Shown in pieces: positions 60,061 to 64,000 of a stretch of 64,000 bases of DNA. The stretch covers positions 62,001-126,000 of the forward strand of contig OZ287705.1 in assembly GCA_965649825.1 (NCBI GenBank), written 5' to 3'. Both the position numbers and the translations under genes were made by a program. This stretch comes from Penicillus capitatus (lineage: Eukaryota; Plantae; Chlorophyta). The first letter of the stretch is position 1, and every line of letters begins with the position of its first letter. The notes beneath the pieces are model-generated. The model was not told the origin of the DNA. It made no database searches and saw only the letters and a list, made by a program, of their open reading frames with translations.

Positions 60061-60306
60061 TGTCGCCGGTCGGGTCGGACGAAAATACCAACAGCGGAAG
60101 ACTTTTTTTGTTTACAGAGCAAGGGCAAACATGGTGCGAATTGTCCGTTTAAATACGCCAGTGGCGACGTGACATGCCTATGCAGGTGAGTCATCCTTGC
60201 GCCAGAACCAGAGGATGGCGCCTCAGGTGACTCAACCTGCACCCCCTCAGAACATGGACCCATTGAAATCGAGGCAGTCACATCGCCAAGCCAGATCTTG
60301 GCGACA
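60061..60306 (-). repeat. 5' LTR (246 bp) with TATA-like TATTTAAA (60148-60155)
   Basis: Direct repeat of 58603-58848; adjacent PBS defines it as the 5' LTR. Confidence 0.96.
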
Positions 60307-62489
60307 ACTTCTCCGCTTACATATCCGTCGAAGAATGCCCCGAGGGATACCGGGTCGAGAACGTCGAAGGCGAAATTCCGGCAGAGCTGCACGGCACCTA
60401 CTTCCGGTAGCGGACACGCGATTCTCATGCCATTCGTATCCAACGCGTGGCGATAGGAATGGCCCTGGAGAGATTGAGTTCTTGGGCGAGACGTTTCGTT
60501 CGTTCTTCGACGCGAATGGCATCATCGCAAGCATCGCCATTCGAGACGGCAAGGCCTTCTTTCGGTCCAGATTTGTCCGGACACTTCAGTAGGGCCGACC
60601 CTGCGGCACTTCTCAGTCGCATCATGTCTTGCAACGCAGTTCTATGATCGAAGAGGAGGCTGGCAGGCGGTTGTTTACTGGCGTGTTCGGATCCGTGCCA
60701 AAGAACGGCACATTGCCTTTCGCGTCATTCCTTCCCAGGAACCCGGGAAACGGAATGCCCATTGCGGCAGGAAACAAACTACTCATCCCACAAGAAGTAT
60801 CGTCATCTGTTGCGTGATGCGGCCGTCGTTCTGCAACGCCTTTCTTTGCAGGGTGCCTATTTGACGGTACTCGACCCTTACACACTGAGGACGATCGATC
60901 CGCGATCGAAGCAAGATGTTTTTTCTACTGTATGGCATCTCGGCATGAAGCAGTTGTTCTCTCCCCCACAGAATTCCAATGAGGCTCTCGCGATTCCTTC
61001 TCGTTTGGTACATGGCATTAGCGCTAATGAAGTATCCAATCGTTCTAGGTTGCCGTCATCTGGATGCTGATTCCGTTTTCGGCGTCGGCGACGCTGTATA
61101 CGATGCGCGACGTGACGTCACTGTCTTGTCTATGACACAATACGTGGTCAAAATCCATTTCGCTTAACTTTCCTTTGAGCTGTTCTTTTCTGTAGCCGAC
61201 CCTCTCTTCGTCATTTATACGAACGGATATCAGCCTCTGCGAAATTGACGAAGATCTGAAGGTTCGTGCTCGACAGACGTATTCCTTTGACGACCTCTCA
61301 CTCCTGCACTCCATCGGCGTCACTGAAAACTATTACGTCTTCAACAAGGTAAAGCCGGCGATACGATTGCCTCACTCGCAACACTCGATCTCCAGTTTCC
61401 AATGCGAATGGATATGAAGAAACTTCTCGATCCGAGTGTCGGCGCTGGAAACGCATTCGTCTTCGAAGATGGCGGCGTCCACGAAGTGAGATGTCTGTAT
61501 TAAAAGACGACACACGAGAAAACCTCGAGTGTTTCAGCTTCATCTGTTGCCTCGTCCATCACCCGACGGTGATGTACCGAGGGACGCCGCACCAAAGGTC
61601 TACCAGGTACGCACACCATGCTACCCAACCGTCTCATTGTTGTGTGACCTGTCTGACGTTCGTTGGCAGCTCGAGGAGACGACCTTCTCGTTTCACTTTA
61701 TCAACGCCTTCGAAGAGGACGGTCATGTGATCGTTGACGCGACCCACTATCCGACATACCCGTTCGGCCGTACTGCCGATCAGAAGCCGTCCGGCTTCGA
61801 GCTCTACGAACCTGATATCGGCATGGGCCCACGGTCTCTGAATCATCTCGAGTGTCTTTCCTGTCGCTATGACTTTCTTCTTAGGTTGAGGCGAACGACA
61901 CTGTCACCGGACGGTGGCGTGGAGACGAGAGAGATGACGGCGTATGAAATGGAATTCGCCAGTGTGAATCCGCACAATGTCGGATGACGTCAGCGCTACA
62001 CCGTGGCGTCGTCGACGTTCGAACAGGACGATCCGCCGATGTGCAAATCGCGATTGGGTGCGGCCGGAGGGTCACAGACGGAGTAAAGAATGCGTGAAGG
62101 GACGCGCGACGCGCGACTGCCCGATGGCGGTCGGTCGCTCTTCGCAGCGTCGGAAGCCGGAGAGAAGTCGGTGTTTCTGACGAGCCGCGATAGGCACTTG
62201 GGGAAGAGGAAGCCATCAAGACCGCAACCTGCAGCATGGACAGAACTGCTTTAATCTTGGTCTCTGCGGGCGTATGCAAACGTCGCGTCGGACGATGGCA
62301 CCGCATGACAGTCAACTGTCGCCTATGACGCAATGTGAGCAACACGGTGCTCGCGCGTTTCATCCGTCTCGTTCCCGCGGCGTCGAGCTGCGCATCGTTG
62401 ACGGCCCACCGACGTGGGGCCACAATTCCTTTCATAAGCTCTTTATTCTGAGCCTACTTCTTCGCGTAGGCTTGTGCTGTTTCCTAAAG

Positions 62490-62927
62490 TTACACATCTG
62501 TCACATCACCAGTCACCATGTGAACATCCTGCTCACACAGAATACTCCTTGGAGGTAGCCGTTGGGCTGCTTCTGCTCTTCTAGGTCTCCTTCGCGGTTG
62601 TTGCTCGTGCGCTTCACCCCCTCCATCTCCACGTTTAGCCGCTATCTCAGCTTTTTGGCCTTCCTTCGCGAACGGTCCACTTTCTTTTGCAGTCTGCTCC
62701 CTTCGCACGCGATCTCCGCTTCGTCGATCTTCATCTTCAGAGAGGAACTCGCGCGCTAGGTGTTGCGCTTGCGGGGGATGGATTCTGCTTCCTCGCGACC
62801 TGGCTTCCATCGCCTCGATTCTCAGCTCCATCTGTGCGAGTTCTGCCGTCTGGCCATCGACCGTCTCCGACAGTTGCTCGTTCCGAGCGTTTAACACTTT
62901 CATCTGTTGCTCAGCACCTGCGCTCAT
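62490..62927 (-). pseudogene. Coiled-coil remnant, mirror copy
   Basis: MSAGAEQQMKVLNARNEQLSETVDGQTAELAQMELRIEAMEA…; same in-frame TAG as the left copy. Confidence 0.35.
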
Positions 62928-63031
62928 TTTCGTTCGAACCGCAGAAACGTCAGTAAGAAAACTGAAGGAGTAGTCAGCATCAGCTCGCCTTTGTACGTCA
63001 CATCTGACGGAGGACGTAGGAAACGCCCACG

Positions 63032-64000
63032 ATGCGCCGCTCTGCGCGAAACTACGCCAGCGTCGGGCGTTGGCTCTTTCATTCGCGTTTCGTCGCCGTC
63101 GTTCCGACGCTCCCAGACACTGACGGCGTTCCCCCGGCCAGATCTGCCGTTTCACCGATCGGTTCTTTTTACCCTGCTTCCCGCAGATGCCCATCCCCCA
63201 TGCCAAAGAGCGTCGATGTCAAGACGGCGCTCTGCTGGACAGGCGCGACGCAACTCCGTTGGTTTCATGTCGTCTCAGAAAAGCAGCATCCAGAGATGGA
63301 CAATATCATGCCGGAGAAATACCGTCTGCTGAAACGAACATCGGATTACGTTCGTGAAATGCGACAGCTGATACGCGACCGCTCTTACTCTCGCATCCTG
63401 GATCTCTTCGAAGACATGAAGTCACGTAGTATCCCGTTCGACGTTGCGGTCTGTATGCTGGTCATAAAAGCCTATTTGCGGATGAACAATGTGGACATGG
63501 TGAAACGGGTGCTTGACGATATCATGGCGTCAAGGTTGAAGTTAGACAAGAGGGAGCTGTTTAATTCCATCATCCGCGATTGTGAAAACACTGGCGATGT
63601 TGACGCTGCTTTCAAGTTATATCGCCAAATGCAGAAGGACGATCGGATTTTACCCGATTCAGCTACATACCGTTCGCTGATCAACGTCTGCAGGAGGGGG
63701 AAAGACGTGAATCGTGCGAGAAAGGTATTTAATGAAATGGTCAAGAAAGTTGGAGCCAAAGTTGGTGGCTTCAATGCCATGATGGAGGTCTATGTCGAGA
63801 ATGTCGACAGTGACACTGGCGAGGCGTACCTGCGGGAATGCAAGTACCTTTTGTCATTGATAAAATCGAAGAAAATCCAACTCCATGCAGACACCTATCT
63901 GTATCTGGTCAAACTGTCTGGCAAATTGGGACGGTTGGACGAAGCGCTGGGTTACCTTAAGAAATCTGTCAGCAGTGATCTGGGGCCAAGTCTTGCCACG
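63032..64000 (+). CDS. PPR protein paralogue (partial, runs off the window)
   Basis: Open frame from ATG 63032 to the window end (323 codons). The first ~71 codons are near-identical to the 31098 gene; the rest is a diverged PPR array (…RELFNSIIRDCENTGDVDAAFKLYRQMQ…PDSATYRSLINVC…). Confidence 0.9.
   Translation, partial: MRRSARNYASVGRWLFHSRFVAVVPTLPDTDGVPPARSAVSPIGSFYPASRRCPSPMPKSVDVKTALCWTGATQLRWFHVVSEKQHPEMDNIMPEKYRLLKRTSDYVREMRQLIRDRSYSRILDLFEDMKSRSIPFDVAVCMLVIKAYLRMNNVDMVKRVLDDIMASRLKLDKRELFNSIIRDCENTGDVDAAFKLYRQMQKDDRILPDSATYRSLINVCRRGKDVNRARKVFNEMVKKVGAKVGGFNAMMEVYVENVDSDTGEAYLRECKYLLSLIKSKKIQLHADTYLYLVKLSGKLGRLDEALGYLKKSVSSDLGPSLAT

Larger units (their letters stand above)
58603..60306 (-). 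mobile_element. Non-autonomous LTR retroelement (TRIM/TR-GAG-like), 1,704 bp, no pol
   Basis: Two 246-bp LTRs with one mismatch seen; TGTCGCC…GGCGACA termini; 5-bp TSD ACTTC (58598-58602, 60307-60311); the empty site is visible in the left arm (~33820). Confidence 0.96.
58339..62558 (+). pseudogene. Carotenoid oxygenase copy 2, disrupted
   Basis: LTR element inserted 10 nt into exon 2 (after 58602); CGA>TGA nonsense at 61985-61987; 2-nt insertion at ~62161 relative to the left copy. Confidence 0.88.
50992..63245 (-). repeat. Right arm of the inverted duplication (includes the 1.7-kb LTR insertion)
   Basis: Reverse complement of 30885-41453; 12.25 kb minus 1.71 kb matches the left-arm length. 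Confidence 0.97.

Noticed and set aside
58911-60443. 510-aa ORF as one native protein
   Set aside because: Its GTG start lies in antisense host exon outside the TSD; the plausible element ORF starts at ATG 59906 (or 60263).

Overview
Eukaryotic nuclear DNA with compact genes and tiny (about 43-60 nt) spliceosomal introns in the standard genetic code. An AP2/ERF factor, PPR proteins, a carotenoid-oxygenase-family gene, a reticulon and plastid-type transit peptides point to a green alga (inference; species not determinable here). Left half (1-29 kb): an old direct duplication (1-3.3 kb vs 18-20 kb) carrying small secreted proteins, an AP2/ERF gene, a reticulon, and a signal-peptide-bearing vanadium-dependent haloperoxidase of the bacterial type. 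It also holds four paralogues sharing an unusual C-terminal beta-domain; three are fused to pseudokinases lacking the catalytic Asp and one has no kinase. Right half: a ~10.6 kb inverted duplication (30.9-41.45 kb vs 51.0-63.25 kb, 9.5 kb unique spacer) with patchy identity, from roughly 70% to near-identical by eye. It duplicates a PPR gene, a carotenoid oxygenase, a truncated Cys-rich multi-TM gene and a SnRK2/CAMK-like kinase. The right-arm carotenoid oxygenase is disrupted by a young 1,704-bp LTR element (246-bp LTRs, ACTTC TSD, tRNA-iMet-like PBS, PPT) with no pol and a single coiled-coil + CCHC zinc-knuckle ORF. The spacer holds a PPIL3-type cyclophilin pseudogene fragment, a 31-bp minisatellite, a plastid-type membrane protein and a tandem cathepsin Z (active + inactive domains). 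All gene models and identity values are manual and approximate.
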